Source: Longimicrobiales bacterium
Lineage (GTDB): Bacteria; Gemmatimonadota; Gemmatimonadetes; Longimicrobiales; Gaopeijiaceae
Direction: 5' to 3'
Assembly (NCBI GenBank): GCA_965198065.1
Contig: CBDAON010000004.1
Location: 2,784,001-2,848,000, forward strand
DNA length: 64,000 bases
Part shown: positions 53,773 to 64,000 of the stretch, piece after piece
How the letters are laid out: every line of letters begins with the position of its first letter
Position numbering within the stretch: position 1 is the stretch's first letter
Made by a program: the position numbers and the translations under genes
The notes under the pieces: model-generated
Told to the model about the DNA's origin: nothing
The model's input: the letters and a program-made list of their open reading frames with translations, nothing else
Database searches by the model: none

Positions 53773-56106
53773 TTGAACGATCGAGACCCTACGGGGCCCT
53801 CCGACGACCGCATCTCGCGGCTGAGCGCGGCCATCCTCCGCATCAGCCAGAGCCTGGACGTGGCCACCGTGCTGGAGGAGGTCGTCGAGAGTGCCCGCGC
53901 GCTCACCGGCGCCCGCTCGGGCGTGATCACGACGATCGACGAGCAGGGAGAGGTCCAGGACTTCGTCACATCCGGCCTTTCTCCCGAAGAGTACCGGAAG
54001 ATGGTGGAGTGGTCCGACGGGCGGCGACTCTTCGAACACCTTCGCGACCAGGCGAAGCCGCTCCGGGTGGCGGACCTCCCCGGCTACCTCGACTCGCTCG
54101 GCCTCTCGCCGACGCCCTGGACGTCGAGGTCGCTGCATGGGACCCCGATGCACCACCTGGGCGAGCATCTCGGCAACTTCTTTCTCAGCGACAAGGAGGA
54201 CGGCGAGGCGTTCACGGGCGAGGACGAGGAGATCCTGGTGCTTTTCGCCTCGCAGGCGGCGACGGCGATCGCGAACGCGCGCACGTACCGCGATCTCGAG
54301 CGGGCGCGGGCCGACCTCGAGGCGCTCATCGAGACCTCGCCGGTCGGCGTGGCGGTGTTCGATGCCGGCACCGGCCATCCGGTCTCGTTCAACCGCGAGG
54401 CGCGGCGCATCGTCGAGGGGCTCCGCACGCCGGGCCGTCCACCGGAGCAGCTGCTCGAGGTGATCACGTGCCGGCACTCCGACGGGCGGGAGGTCTCCCT
54501 AGAGGAGTTGCCCCTGGCCCGGCAGCTCGGGAGCGCCACGACGATGCGGGCCGAGGAGGTCGAGCTGTCGGTGCCCGACGGGCGGAGCGTCCGGATGCTC
54601 ATCAACGTCACGCCGATCCGCTCCGAGGAGGGAGGGGTCGTGTCGGTCGTCGTCACCATGCAGGACCTGGCGCCGCTCGACGAGCTCGAGCGGCAGCGGG
54701 CGGAGTTCCTCGGGATGGTGAGCCACGAGCTCCGCGCCCCGCTGACCTCGATCAAGGGTTCGACGGCGACCGTGCTCGGCGCCGTGCCGGTCCCGCCCCA
54801 GGCCGAGCTGCTCCAGTTCTTCCGCATCATCGACGGGCAGGCCGACCACATGAGGGGCCTCATCGCGAACCTTCTGGACGCGGGAAGCATCGAGGCGGGC
54901 ACGCTCACCGTCGCGCCCGAGCCCGCGAACGTCGCCGCGCTGGTGGACCGGGCCCGCAGCACGTTCCTGAGCGGCGGAGGCCGGCACGCCGTCCTCATCG
55001 ACCTGCCGCCGGACCTGCCGCGTGCGATGGCCGACCCGGAGCGCATCGTGCAGGTGATGAACAACCTCTTCTCGAACGCGGCCCGCCACGCTCCCGCGTC
55101 CTCCCCGATCCGGGTCGAGGCGACGTGCGAGGGCGGCTACATCGCGCTCTCGGTCTCGGACGAGGGCCGGGGGATCCCGCCCGACCGGCTCCCGCACCTC
55201 TTCCACAAGCGCGCCGGCCTCGCCGGAGGCACCGGGCTCGGCCTCGCCATCTGCAAGGGCCTCGTCGAGGCGCACGGCGGCCGTATCCGCGCCGAGAGCG
55301 GGGGGACGGACCAGGGCGCGCGCTTCACCTTCACGATCCCGGTGGCCGGGCCGGCCACCCCCGAGGCAGCCCCACCCGAGGAGGCTCCGGCCAGCGACCG
55401 GCCACGCCCGCCCGGGGACGGGCGGGAGAAGACTCCCGTCCTGGTCGTGGACGACGACCCGCAGACGCTACGCTACGTGCGCAACGTCCTCTCCGATGCG
55501 GGCTACGCCCCGCTGGTGACGGGCGATCCGGACGGGCTCCCCGGCGTCATCCGCGCCGAGAAGCCCCGCCTCGTCCTCCTCGACCTCATGCTCCCCGGAA
55601 CGGACGGGATCGAGCTGATGAAGCGGGTCCCCGAACTCGCCGATCTCCCGGTCATCTTCATCTCCGGCTACGGCCGCGACGAGACGATCGCCAAGGCGCT
55701 CGAGAGCGGCGCCGCCGACTACATCGTCAAGCCGTTCTCGCCGACCGAGCTCGTCGCGCGGGTCCAGGCGGCGCTACGTGCCCGGGCCGTGCCCGAGACG
55801 TTCGTGCACGGGGAGCTCGCCATCGACTACGGCCGCCGACACGTGAGCGTGGCCGGCCGCGAGGTCCCGCTCACGGCCACCGAGTTCGACTTGCTGCGCA
55901 TCCTCTCGCTCAACGGGGGACGCGTGGTCACTACGGAGGCGCTCCTCCGACAGGTGTGGGGGCGCCGGGGCTCGGACGACACCGATCGCGTGCGCACCGT
56001 CGTCAAGAAGCTCCGCCACAAGCTCGGCGACGACGCCGCCAATCCCACCTACATCTTCAACGAGCACGGCGTCGGCTACCGCATCGCGACCCCGGGTGGG
56101 GCTTAG
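53773..56106 (+). CDS. Soluble hybrid GAF-PAS-HisKA-HATPase-REC-OmpR wHTH protein
   Basis: SHELRAPL, GTGLGL, VVDDD, LLDLMLP, YIVKPF, LTATEFDLL and GVGYR motifs. Confidence 0.9.
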   Translation: MNDRDPTGPSDDRISRLSAAILRISQSLDVATVLEEVVESARALTGARSGVITTIDEQGEVQDFVTSGLSPEEYRKMVEWSDGRRLFEHLRDQAKPLRVADLPGYLDSLGLSPTPWTSRSLHGTPMHHLGEHLGNFFLSDKEDGEAFTGEDEEILVLFASQAATAIANARTYRDLERARADLEALIETSPVGVAVFDAGTGHPVSFNREARRIVEGLRTPGRPPEQLLEVITCRHSDGREVSLEELPLARQLGSATTMRAEEVELSVPDGRSVRMLINVTPIRSEEGGVVSVVVTMQDLAPLDELERQRAEFLGMVSHELRAPLTSIKGSTATVLGAVPVPPQAELLQFFRIIDGQADHMRGLIANLLDAGSIEAGTLTVAPEPANVAALVDRARSTFLSGGGRHAVLIDLPPDLPRAMADPERIVQVMNNLFSNAARHAPASSPIRVEATCEGGYIALSVSDEGRGIPPDRLPHLFHKRAGLAGGTGLGLAICKGLVEAHGGRIRAESGGTDQGARFTFTIPVAGPATPEAAPPEEAPASDRPRPPGDGREKTPVLVVDDDPQTLRYVRNVLSDAGYAPLVTGDPDGLPGVIRAEKPRLVLLDLMLPGTDGIELMKRVPELADLPVIFISGYGRDETIAKALESGAADYIVKPFSPTELVARVQAALRARAVPETFVHGELAIDYGRRHVSVAGREVPLTATEFDLLRILSLNGGRVVTTEALLRQVWGRRGSDDTDRVRTVVKKLRHKLGDDAANPTYIFNEHGVGYRIATPGGA

Positions 56107-56117
56107 GAGGCCGCCGC

Positions 56118-56432
56118 TCAGTCCCACTCCCCCTCGGCGTCCCTGTTGAGCGCGTCGGCGAGTTCGGGATCGCCCTCACCGCGCCGGACGGAGCGCTCGG
56201 CGAGATCGACGCGGCGTCCCAGGTCGGCGAGTCCGGCGGCTCGCGCGACGGCGTAGATGGCGGCTAGAGCGGCCGTCAGTGCCAACCCCAGGTGCAGGGC
56301 GATGAGAACGCCATAGTCCGAGAGGATCAGTGGCCAGAACGGCGCGAGATACTCGAGGCGTGATCCGGCGAGTAGGACGGCCGAGCCTGCGAGGGCAGCG
56401 GTGAGGCCTGCGCTGATCTTCCAGGGTTGCAT
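56118..56432 (-). CDS. Small membrane protein
   Basis: Two hydrophobic segments; last gene of the minus-strand transfer operon. Confidence 0.6.
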   Translation of the reverse strand: MQPWKISAGLTAALAGSAVLLAGSRLEYLAPFWPLILSDYGVLIALHLGLALTAALAAIYAVARAAGLADLGRRVDLAERSVRRGEGDPELADALNRDAEGEWD

Positions 56433-56441
56433 GGGGGCGGG

Positions 56442-57329
56442 CTAGAGCTCGAGCGCGGCCGGATCCCGGTCGGTCGGCCCTCGCAGGGAGGAGCGATCTC
56501 CGCCGTCGCCCACGCCGAGTGAGCGGAGCAGGCGCGCCGCGGCCGGTCCGTTGGCGTGCATCCGGAACCCGGCGGCCACCTTGGCACGTATGGAGCGAGC
56601 CCGGTAGTTGCCCGATGCGACCTCGATGTTGACGCGTCCGGTGCGCCCCTCGGAGTCGGTGTACTCGATCTGCGCATCCGGGTAGAGCACGCGGCCTTGG
56701 GCATCGATCGGCAAGCCGAGCTCCTCGGCCACGCGGTGCCGCTCGGCGTCCGCGGCCCGCCGGCCGTCTTTCGCCCGCGCGGACTCGCTCTTGCGTGCTA
56801 CGGCGCTCTTGAACTCGCCGTCGAGACGCACACGGCGGACGGTGGCCCCCTGCTCGATCAGGCGTTGGTGCTCCTGGCGGCAGGCCCGATAGATGGCGGT
56901 GTCGTGCGCGGCTTCGGCGGGCCGGGTACGTGCGAACCCGATCTCCTGGCCGGGATCGATTCCCCGCTCGGCGGCCAGCTTCCGGGCCTCGGCCACGCCT
57001 TTCCGCGTGAGGGTCAGCACCTTGAACGGGTTGCCCTTGGGTCCCTTGGCCGTGGACTCCTGGGCGAGCCCTTCGCGGATCCAGGCGTTCACGGCCCGCC
57101 GGGTGGTGTAGGGATGGCCGCCGAAGTGAGCCTCGGCGAGATCGCGGTACGAGACGGCGCCGTAGATGCCGATGTCGGCGAGCGCCCCACGGCACCGTTC
57201 TCTGAAGGAGGTGGACCCGCGGTCCCGGCTCGCGTCGTATTCTCGGCGATGGCCGTCCCGCATGCGGTAGATAGCGCGGCTTGGTGGCGCGGCGGGACGC
57301 GGGTCCGATGCGATCGTGCGGTCGAACAT
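56442..57329 (-). CDS. wHTH plus PD-(D/E)xK-like protein (replication-relaxation-like)
   Basis: GAGGAG RBS, HDTAIY and YPDAQIEY..VNIEV motifs. Family call is inference. Confidence 0.55.
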   Translation of the reverse strand: MFDRTIASDPRPAAPPSRAIYRMRDGHRREYDASRDRGSTSFRERCRGALADIGIYGAVSYRDLAEAHFGGHPYTTRRAVNAWIREGLAQESTAKGPKGNPFKVLTLTRKGVAEARKLAAERGIDPGQEIGFARTRPAEAAHDTAIYRACRQEHQRLIEQGATVRRVRLDGEFKSAVARKSESARAKDGRRAADAERHRVAEELGLPIDAQGRVLYPDAQIEYTDSEGRTGRVNIEVASGNYRARSIRAKVAAGFRMHANGPAAARLLRSLGVGDGGDRSSLRGPTDRDPAALEL

Positions 57330-57351
57330 CTCCTCGGCTCCTTCCTTGGCC

Positions 57352-58387
57352 TCAGCGGCCCGGGCCGAAGCTCCGGGTCGGGACCGGCAGCGGGAGCTCC
57401 GGCCGGGATGGGCGTGCTGCCTCGGGCGGGAGCGCGGGTACGCGGCCACCGGGTGCCGCTCGCGCTCGGCCTCACGCTCGCGGCTCCGGGCCAGCACGAA
57501 GTCGGAGATCTTCTGTGCGTCGGCCGCGGCGCGGCGGATCTCCCGGGGGTCCTCCTCGAGGGCGGCGATCCACCCCTCGACGTAAGCGGCTCCCCGGCTC
57601 GGGTCGTGGCCGACGCCCACGCGCTCGCCCGTCATCATTGCGCTGATCTCCGCGCGGAGCTCCTCCTTCGCATAGGCCGGCGAACCGAACCCTTCGCTCG
57701 ATCCCTTGGATGAGCGTCTCGCGGTTCATCCGCTCCGGATGGCCGGTGCTGTGCCCCAGCTCGTGGAGCGCGGTCTGGTAGTAGTGGTTGGCCGAGGGGA
57801 ACTGCACGCGCTCGGGGAGCACGATCTCGTCGCGGTTCAGGTTGTAGAACGCGCGGTCGCCCGCCACGTGACGGACGGGGACCCCGCTGTCCTCGAGCAC
57901 CTCTCGGCCTGCTGGTGCGCCTTCCAGAGCGGCTCGGCCGTGGGTGTGGGCCGGGCCGGCAGCCCGTCGGCCTGCTCGGCGTTGAACACGGTGTACTGGC
58001 GGACGACGGGCGCTTGGCAGGCGCTCGTGGCGGTAGACGCGCTTGCCTTCGTTGTCCCTCTTGGGCCGTCCGCGCTCGTCGTTGACGGCGATCTTCCGGT
58101 GGTCCTGGAACGAGAGGATGCGAGTGCCCTGCTCGCCCTTCCGCACCTGTCCGTCCCGGGCTTGGATCTGGCGGTAGGTGCCCCAGCGCACGTCGCCGTA
58201 GCCGCGCTCCTGCTGCCACGGCGGCGAGATGCAGGCTGTTCCCGCCCCTGTAGGAGCGTCCGGTATCGACGTTCGCGGGGAGCACGCGCTCGCCCGGCCC
58301 CCAGGGCTTCTGCCACGGCGCGGTGCCCTGGCGGATCTGCTCGATGATCCCCTCGGCGAACTGGCGGTGATATTCGTCGTGTTTCAT
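57352..58387 (-). pseudogene. ardC: ArdC-like antirestriction ssDNA-binding/zincin protein, multiple frameshifts
   Basis: GTAPWQKPW, YTVFNAEQ, ALHELGHSTGH and YAKEELRAE motifs across frames. Confidence 0.85.
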
Positions 58388-58587
58388 CGCTCTTCCTCCT
58401 CGGGGCCGTGCGGATCCTCCCGGCGTCGCGGATCTCGTCCTCGGTGCCCACGTCCTCGGGGAAGAGGCCGTACTCTTCGGCCAGCGAGGCCGGCACCTCG
58501 AGGGCCTCGCCTCCGTCGCGCGCGAGCTCGCGGTCGAAGTCGTCGAGCGTCTCGACGCGAACGATCTTCTCGTCGCTTTCCATGGCC

Positions 58588-59571
58588 TCACTCCTTTTCT
58601 GTTTGTTCTTCATCGTCCTTCCTCCATATCGTCTCCGTGAGCCAGCGATTGGCAGCCGAGTCGTAGCTCCGGACCCCGATCGCCTCCTCGACGAACCGTC
58701 GGCCCCCTCGCCGGGTCATGTGGACGACGAGATGGATGCCGTCGACCACGCCCCTGCAGGTGACCTCCCAGGGGAGCGCCCCTCCGGCCTGCATGGCGCA
58801 GCTGGCCAGGCGCGAGAGCGCGGAGCGGGCGTTGTTGGCGTGCACGGTGGTGAGCGATCCGCCGTGGCCGGTGTTGAGCGCCTGCAGCAGATCGGCGGCC
58901 TCGCCGCCCCTGACCTCGCCGACGACGATGTGGTCGGGCCGGTGGCGGAGCGCGTGGCGGACCAGGTCGCGGATCGACACGGGCGCCTCGGAGCCCACCG
59001 CCCCGGCCTCGAAGCGCAGGCAGTTGGTCCGGTCGATCCGGAGCTCGAGCGTGTCCTCGATGGCGACGATCCGCTCCTCCTCTGGGAGCAGCTCGATCAG
59101 GGCGTTCAGGAGCGTGGTCTTGCCCGAGCCGGTGCCGCCCGAGACCAGGATGTTGCGCCGGGAATGGAGGGCGTCGCGGGCGGCCCGGAACACCGTCTCG
59201 GGGAGGGCCCCCTGGCCGACGAGGTCCTCGGCCGAGAACGCGCGGCCCCCGAACCGGCGGATGGTCATGGCCACGTGGGGGCTCGCGGGCGGCGTGCAGA
59301 TGGCCACGCGGGAGCCGTCGTCGAGCCGCGCGTCTAGGACGGGCCGTGTGGCCGGATCGAGCCCGAGCGGCCTGGCGATGTGGATCGCCGCCCGATGGAG
59401 CGCGGCGGCGGTGAGCGCCGGTGCTTCGATGGGCTCTAGCTCCCCGCCGCGCTCGACCCAGACGTTGCCGGGGCCGTTGATCATCAGCTCGGAGACCTCC
59501 GGATCTTCGAGCACGGCCTCGAGGCCCGGCAGAAACGGTTTCAGGTGCCCGATGCCCGTGGCCCGCTTCAT
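58588..59571 (-). CDS. VirB11/CpaF-family secretion ATPase
   Basis: GGTGSGKTT, IEDTLEL, RHRPDHIVVGEVRG and NTGHGGSLTTVHAN motifs. Confidence 0.92.
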   Translation of the reverse strand: MKRATGIGHLKPFLPGLEAVLEDPEVSELMINGPGNVWVERGGELEPIEAPALTAAALHRAAIHIARPLGLDPATRPVLDARLDDGSRVAICTPPASPHVAMTIRRFGGRAFSAEDLVGQGALPETVFRAARDALHSRRNILVSGGTGSGKTTLLNALIELLPEEERIVAIEDTLELRIDRTNCLRFEAGAVGSEAPVSIRDLVRHALRHRPDHIVVGEVRGGEAADLLQALNTGHGGSLTTVHANNARSALSRLASCAMQAGGALPWEVTCRGVVDGIHLVVHMTRRGGRRFVEEAIGVRSYDSAANRWLTETIWRKDDEEQTEKE

Positions 59572-60915
59572 AGCCGGCCCTCCTCGCGGAGCCGCCAGTA
59601 GCCCGTGCCCCTCGGCAGGTAGTGGGGTTTCAGGTAGACGCGCAGGGCCGGGAGCGACTTCGTGCCGTCGTAGGGCAGACAGATCGCCTGGTAGTTGGCC
59701 AACAGCGCGAACTCGCGCGGCGTGAACACGGGCTCCCTCTGCTGCCGGAACGACTTGCTCGCTCCGATCGTGCCCCGCCCGCCCCCGGCGCGTCCCGAGA
59801 GCAGAGAGAACTCCGGCCTGCCCGTGGTCTCGGTGAACGTGTAGGAGGGCTGCGTCTTCATGACGCTGCCGCACATCTCCGATGCGATCCTGGCCGAGGA
59901 CTCGTCGCTCAAGGACAGGAAGATCCGGGTGCGGAGCGTCTGGACCAGCGTGCGCCAGGCCTCCGTGCCCGACAGCACGGAGCGGAGCGAGGAGATCGAC
60001 TGCGTGGCGACGATCGGGATGCAGCGGCACTGCCGCGTCAGCGCGAACGCCTTCTCGTCGCCAGCGGGGTCGTCCTGGCCCACGGTGGCGAACGCCTGGT
60101 ACTCGTCGCAGATGAAGACTGCGGGCCGGAGGTAGCGTCCGGGCCGGCGGGCGGCCTCGGCGGGCCGCCGGAGGAGCGCCTGCATCCAGGCGTTCTTGAG
60201 CAGCACGCCGATGGCGCGGCCGAGCGCCGGGTTCGCGCCCGCGGGCATGTTGAGGGCGAGGACCTTGCCGCCCTCGATCAGCTCCGTGAGCGGCGGCAGC
60301 CGGCGACGGAGCCCCGGCATGGGCCGGACGGCCTCGGGGTCCTCGTCCGGCGCATCGTTACCTATATGTATAGATGGGGACTCATCCGATTCCGGAGGCG
60401 GCGGACAGAAGACTCCGGCCACGCCGGGCTGATCGAACAGCGACAGGAAGACCGAGATGCCCTCGACGATCGAGGTGCGGAGCTTGGCATCGAGCGCCAT
60501 CCAGTCGTTCAGGTACCAGCGCTCGATCGCCTCCACCTGGTCCCTGAGTTCGCTCCCTGCTCCGCTCTCGCCTTCCTCGGTCTCGAACGGGATCCTGAGC
60601 TCGGCGAGCCGATCCCGGAGGACCGGATCGAGCCGGCACGTCACCGTGTCCTCACCGGAGGTATATATCCAGACCCAGTCATTCAGCGCTTCCGGATGGC
60701 CGATCATGTCGTCGTGGGAGATGACGACGCGCGCCGGGCACGCCTCAGCCACCAGGTCCTGGGCCTCGCGGATTCTCTCGGCGAACAGTTCCGCGTCGAT
60801 CGTGCAGCGGTAGACATCCTGCAGCGTGACCCAGCCCCCCGGCAGGAGCCGGTGCAGTTCGACGATCCAGCGCACGAGATTCGTATAGGCTTGCTGCCAG
60901 AACGGCTCGTTCCTC
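59568..60915 (-). pseudogene. VirD4/TraD-like coupling protein, 5' part missing
   Basis: FICDEYQAF Walker B, IVATQSISSL and EPFWQQAY. No Walker A before the break at ~60920. Confidence 0.75.
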
Positions 60916-61046
60916 GTGCGCGGTAAACTGGTTACTATGAACGCTTTACAGATTCCATAGGGGTTCCGTCCCCACCATTCTGTCCACCGGGAAGAAACGG
61001 ATTCCGTTGGCTCTACCTAGCCGAGAACGGACGTGACCGTTCGGCC

Positions 61047-62086
61047 AAGCTGTCACTGCTAGAACTGGCCTAGGAACTCGGCAACGTGTCGAAGGCGTGC
61101 CGGATCGTGGGCTAGAGCCGGCAGCAGTTCTACGAGATCCGGCGTAACTTCCAGGTGTACGGGGCCGAGGGGCTGCTGGACCGCATGCCGGGGGCGAGGG
61201 GGCCGCACCCGAACCGAGTTGCCTCGGAGGTGGAGGAGGCGATCCTGGTTCCCACGCGCTGGCGCACCCGGCGCACGGGGCGCAGCGGGTGGCCGACGAA
61301 CTGATGCTCAGGGGTGTGGATCCGGAACTGGCTGAAGACGCGTTGCGAACGGTTGCTGCGGCTGGAGAAGACGGTCCGGGAGAGCGACTTCGAGCTCACC
61401 GAGGAGCAGATCCTGGCGCTGGAGCGCTTCGACCCGGAGTACCGCGAGCGTCACATGGAGGTGAAGCGACAGGCGAACTCGTGGCCGTGGACACGTTCTT
61501 CGCGGGCACGTTGAGTGGAGTGGGCAAGGCCTACATCCAGACAGTGCTGGACTGCTTCAGCCGGTTCGTGTGGGCGTGGCTCTACACCTTGAAGAAGCCG
61601 GTGACGGCGGTCGAGATCCTGAACAACCATGTGCTGGCCTTCTTCGAGGAACACGGCGTGAAGGTCGAGACGGTGCTGAGCGACAACGGGCGGGAGTTCT
61701 GCGGTCGCGAGGACCAGCATCCCTACGAGTTGTTCCTGCAGCTCGAGGTGATTGAGCACCGCACCAAGCAGGTGGGCCGTCCGCAGTCGAACGGGGTTCA
61801 TCGAGCGCTTCCACCGCACGCTCCTGGACGAGCACCTCAGGGTGAAGGGGCGGACCACCTGCTACTAGGCGGTCAGCGAGATGCAAGAGGATCGCGACGC
61901 CTACATCGAGACCTGCAACCGCAACCGTCCGTACCGCGTTAGCGGCATGGAGGGGCGAACGCCGTATCAGGTGTTCAAGAAAGGGATCCGCAAGCCACGG
62001 AGCCGGAAGAACTCAACCCGAAGACCGCAGCCTGAAGCGCTGACCTCGGCAAGGCACGGGTGTCAGGTGATCACCGTACTTGTACA
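61047..62086 (+). mobile_element. IS481-family element, degenerate, left end missing
   Basis: GNVSKACRI, SDNGREFCG and PQSNG motifs; ends ..TTGTACA; three internal TAGs and frameshifts. Confidence 0.85.
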
Positions 62087-62188
62087 TCCCATACCAGCAC
62101 CGCTCGGATGCCCCATTGCGCGTCTTATGCCGAGGGCGCCTTCATGTGCAAGATCAGCCTCACATCGCCGTCACTCGCGAGAACGGCG

Positions 62189-63073
62189 CTATTGCCCTTC
62201 TTCCGGCTTGTTCCTCTCCGTTTCCCTTATCGCCGCATGAACCTGGAAGAGTTTCAACCAATACCTCTTGTAGGCGGGATTCTCGCGTACCTTCCTCTGT
62301 GCGGTGCAGTGATCGATTATGTTCGTGAGAAACCACAGGAATGGATATGCTGACGATCTTCCGAGTGCTGGCACGAGGCCCATATCACCGACCGTACAGA
62401 ACTTCGATCCCGTAAACATCGTCTCGCTACCCATCGAAATCCGTTTTTGATCATCCGCCGGGATAAGCATGCCCTCCCCAAGTACAAAAAAGAGGTTCGG
62501 CCAAAGATCCCGCTCTACAGATTGCAGTTCTTCGTTCACAACTTCGGCGAGCTTTTCAAGTGTGTAGTCAGTCTGATAGGCAAACACGCCAAAACATACT
62601 CCGTGGTTCTTGCTGTTCCATGGCGCTTCATCATCGAACATCCCGAGCCTCTTTAGGCTCACGCAGTTAACCGTGGCATCCCTGATCGTGGACCTAGTCA
62701 ACCGCGACTTCACTTGTATCGAAGCCAGACATGCCTCGATAGGGTGGTGACCGCTCCCGCCTGGCAAGATTGCTCCGGCGACATTCCTGTCGACAATCAA
62801 GATATCTTGTTCCTTACTGACAGCCATCAGGTCAGTGAGTGCGAATCCCTTAACCGCTACCATTCCACCTGGCAGCATGTCGTCCAATACATCGAGCAGT
62901 GGCGTCTCCCGTGACGAACCCCGGTGACCTGGATGACGAATGGTGTCCTTCTGTCTTGCCAAGGAGTCTAACATCCCGAGTGTGCCTTCGAACCACTTCT
63001 CCATCTTGGTGGCGTCTATCTTCAATCCATCGAGTTTCCGTATCTCCCTTTTGAACTCGTCTCGGTTCACCAA
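62189..63073 (-). CDS. Low-GC predicted PD-(D/E)xK nuclease-like protein (DUF6602-like)
   Basis: GSSRE, SKEQDILIVD and PIEACLASIQVKS motifs; AGGAG RBS. Confidence 0.6.
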   Translation of the reverse strand: MVNRDEFKREIRKLDGLKIDATKMEKWFEGTLGMLDSLARQKDTIRHPGHRGSSRETPLLDVLDDMLPGGMVAVKGFALTDLMAVSKEQDILIVDRNVAGAILPGGSGHHPIEACLASIQVKSRLTRSTIRDATVNCVSLKRLGMFDDEAPWNSKNHGVCFGVFAYQTDYTLEKLAEVVNEELQSVERDLWPNLFFVLGEGMLIPADDQKRISMGSETMFTGSKFCTVGDMGLVPALGRSSAYPFLWFLTNIIDHCTAQRKVRENPAYKRYWLKLFQVHAAIRETERNKPEEGQ

Positions 63074-63295
63074 ATCCTCTCCTTTTCGTTTGCGCTCCGT
63101 TCACGACCGACGGCCGCCCCATCGGATCCGTGACGCGCTCCACGGGCCGCCACCTTATCGGAATTTGCTACTTGAGCGCGGGTTTCGGGCGGCGTTCGCC
63201 TCATTCGAAGCTCTTGGGGCTGACTCCACTGGGTGGAACACCGTCCGATGACCGCCGCGCGACCTGGGGAAAACAACATCGTCACGCGCAGGGTC

Positions 63296-64000
63296 TGACG
63301 TGACACCCGGAAGCTGAGCCAGCTATTCTCTGACTCCTCGGAGTAAGTGAGGAGTCATGAGGAAGAGTAGGTTCACGGAAGAGCAGATCATCGGGATCCT
63401 ACGGGAGGCGGAGGCGGGCGGAGCGACGAAAGAGGTATGCCGACGCCACGGGATCAGCCACGACACGTTCTATCGGTGGAAGAAGAAGTACGGGGGCCTT
63501 GAGGTCAGTGACGCGAGGCGGTTGAAGGCACTTGAGGACGAGAACCGACGGCTCAAGCGCATCGTGGCCGACCAGGCGCTGAACCTTCAGGTGCTGAAGG
63601 ACCTGCTGGGAAACGAGTTGTGACGGCCGGGGAGCGGCGCCAGGTCGTCCGGAGGGTGCAAGCCGCCGAGAAGGCCTCGGAGCGTCGAGTGGTCCGTTGG
63701 ACAGGCTTCCCGCGTTCAACGATCCGGTACCGAAGCGAGCGCCCAGCTCAGGAGGGGTTACGTGCGAGGATCCGGGAGCTCGCGGGCGAGCGGCCTCGCT
63801 GGGGCTACCGACGCATCCACGTGCTTCTGCGCCGCGAGGGATGGCTGGTGAACCGGAAGCGGATCCACCGGCTCTACCGCGAGGAAGGGCTCGCGGTGCG
63901 GCGAAAGGGTCGGAGACGACGGAGCCAGGTACCACGACCGGTGCGTGACCCACTCGGCCATCCGAACGAGCGGTGGAGCGTGGACTTCATCATGGACACG
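63296..64000 (+). mobile_element. IS3-family (IS407-like) element, runs off the window
   Basis: orfA 63357..63623 (MRKSRFTEEQII), GGGAAAC slippery site, orfB WGYRR..NERWSVDF. Confidence 0.9.

Larger units (their letters stand above)
41895..64000 (-). mobile_element. ICE-like element related to 12189..15375; other end not seen
   Basis: End motif 41964..42000 (reverse) matches 15265..15301 at 28/37 nt. Shares the alpA region and adhesin repeats. Carries ArdC, VirB11-like and VirD4-like genes. Right extent unknown. Confidence 0.65.

Noticed and set aside
56442..57638. ArdC C-terminus fused to the downstream nuclease-like protein
   Set aside because: Probably a frameshift artefact. The downstream gene has its own GAGGAG RBS and ATG at 57329.

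Overview
High-GC bacterial DNA. Gene content suggests Gemmatimonadota, possibly host- or sponge-associated (inference only). Most of the window is a mosaic of mobile and decaying DNA. 1-8 kb: two tandem PHM-type copper-monooxygenase-like genes (the complete copy has a heme c motif), a secreted protein, a PQQ dehydrogenase, an SDR and a TonB-plug protein. 8-18 kb: a decaying MFP/ABC/TolC/NtrC-type two-component operon, split by a 3.2-kb integrative element (integrase remnant plus AlpA) and cut by IS256. 19.7-29.3 kb: three ~195-bp att-like repeats, each with arm-type motifs and the 3' half of tRNA-Leu(TAA). They delimit integrase-free gene modules (gdhA; a sigma54/TPR/HD-GYP module). 29-41 kb: a merA pseudogene with a MerR-type promoter, IS3, a ThDP enzyme plus aldehyde dehydrogenase, a Na/Pi symporter plus PhoU, gene fragments and a 211-bp direct repeat. 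41.9-64 kb: a larger ICE-like relative of the first element. It carries AlpA, an ~8.5-kb cadherin/FN3/Calx-beta autotransporter adhesin, a Cre-like recombinase bracketed by perfect 34-bp inverted lox/dif-like sites, a one-protein kinase-regulator, ArdC, VirB11- and VirD4-like genes, and IS remnants. The best candidates for undescribed systems are the self-bracketed Cre/lox-like module and the tRNA-Leu att-delimited cassette array. Many single-base frameshifts may be long-read errors. Family calls rest on motif recognition, not database searches.
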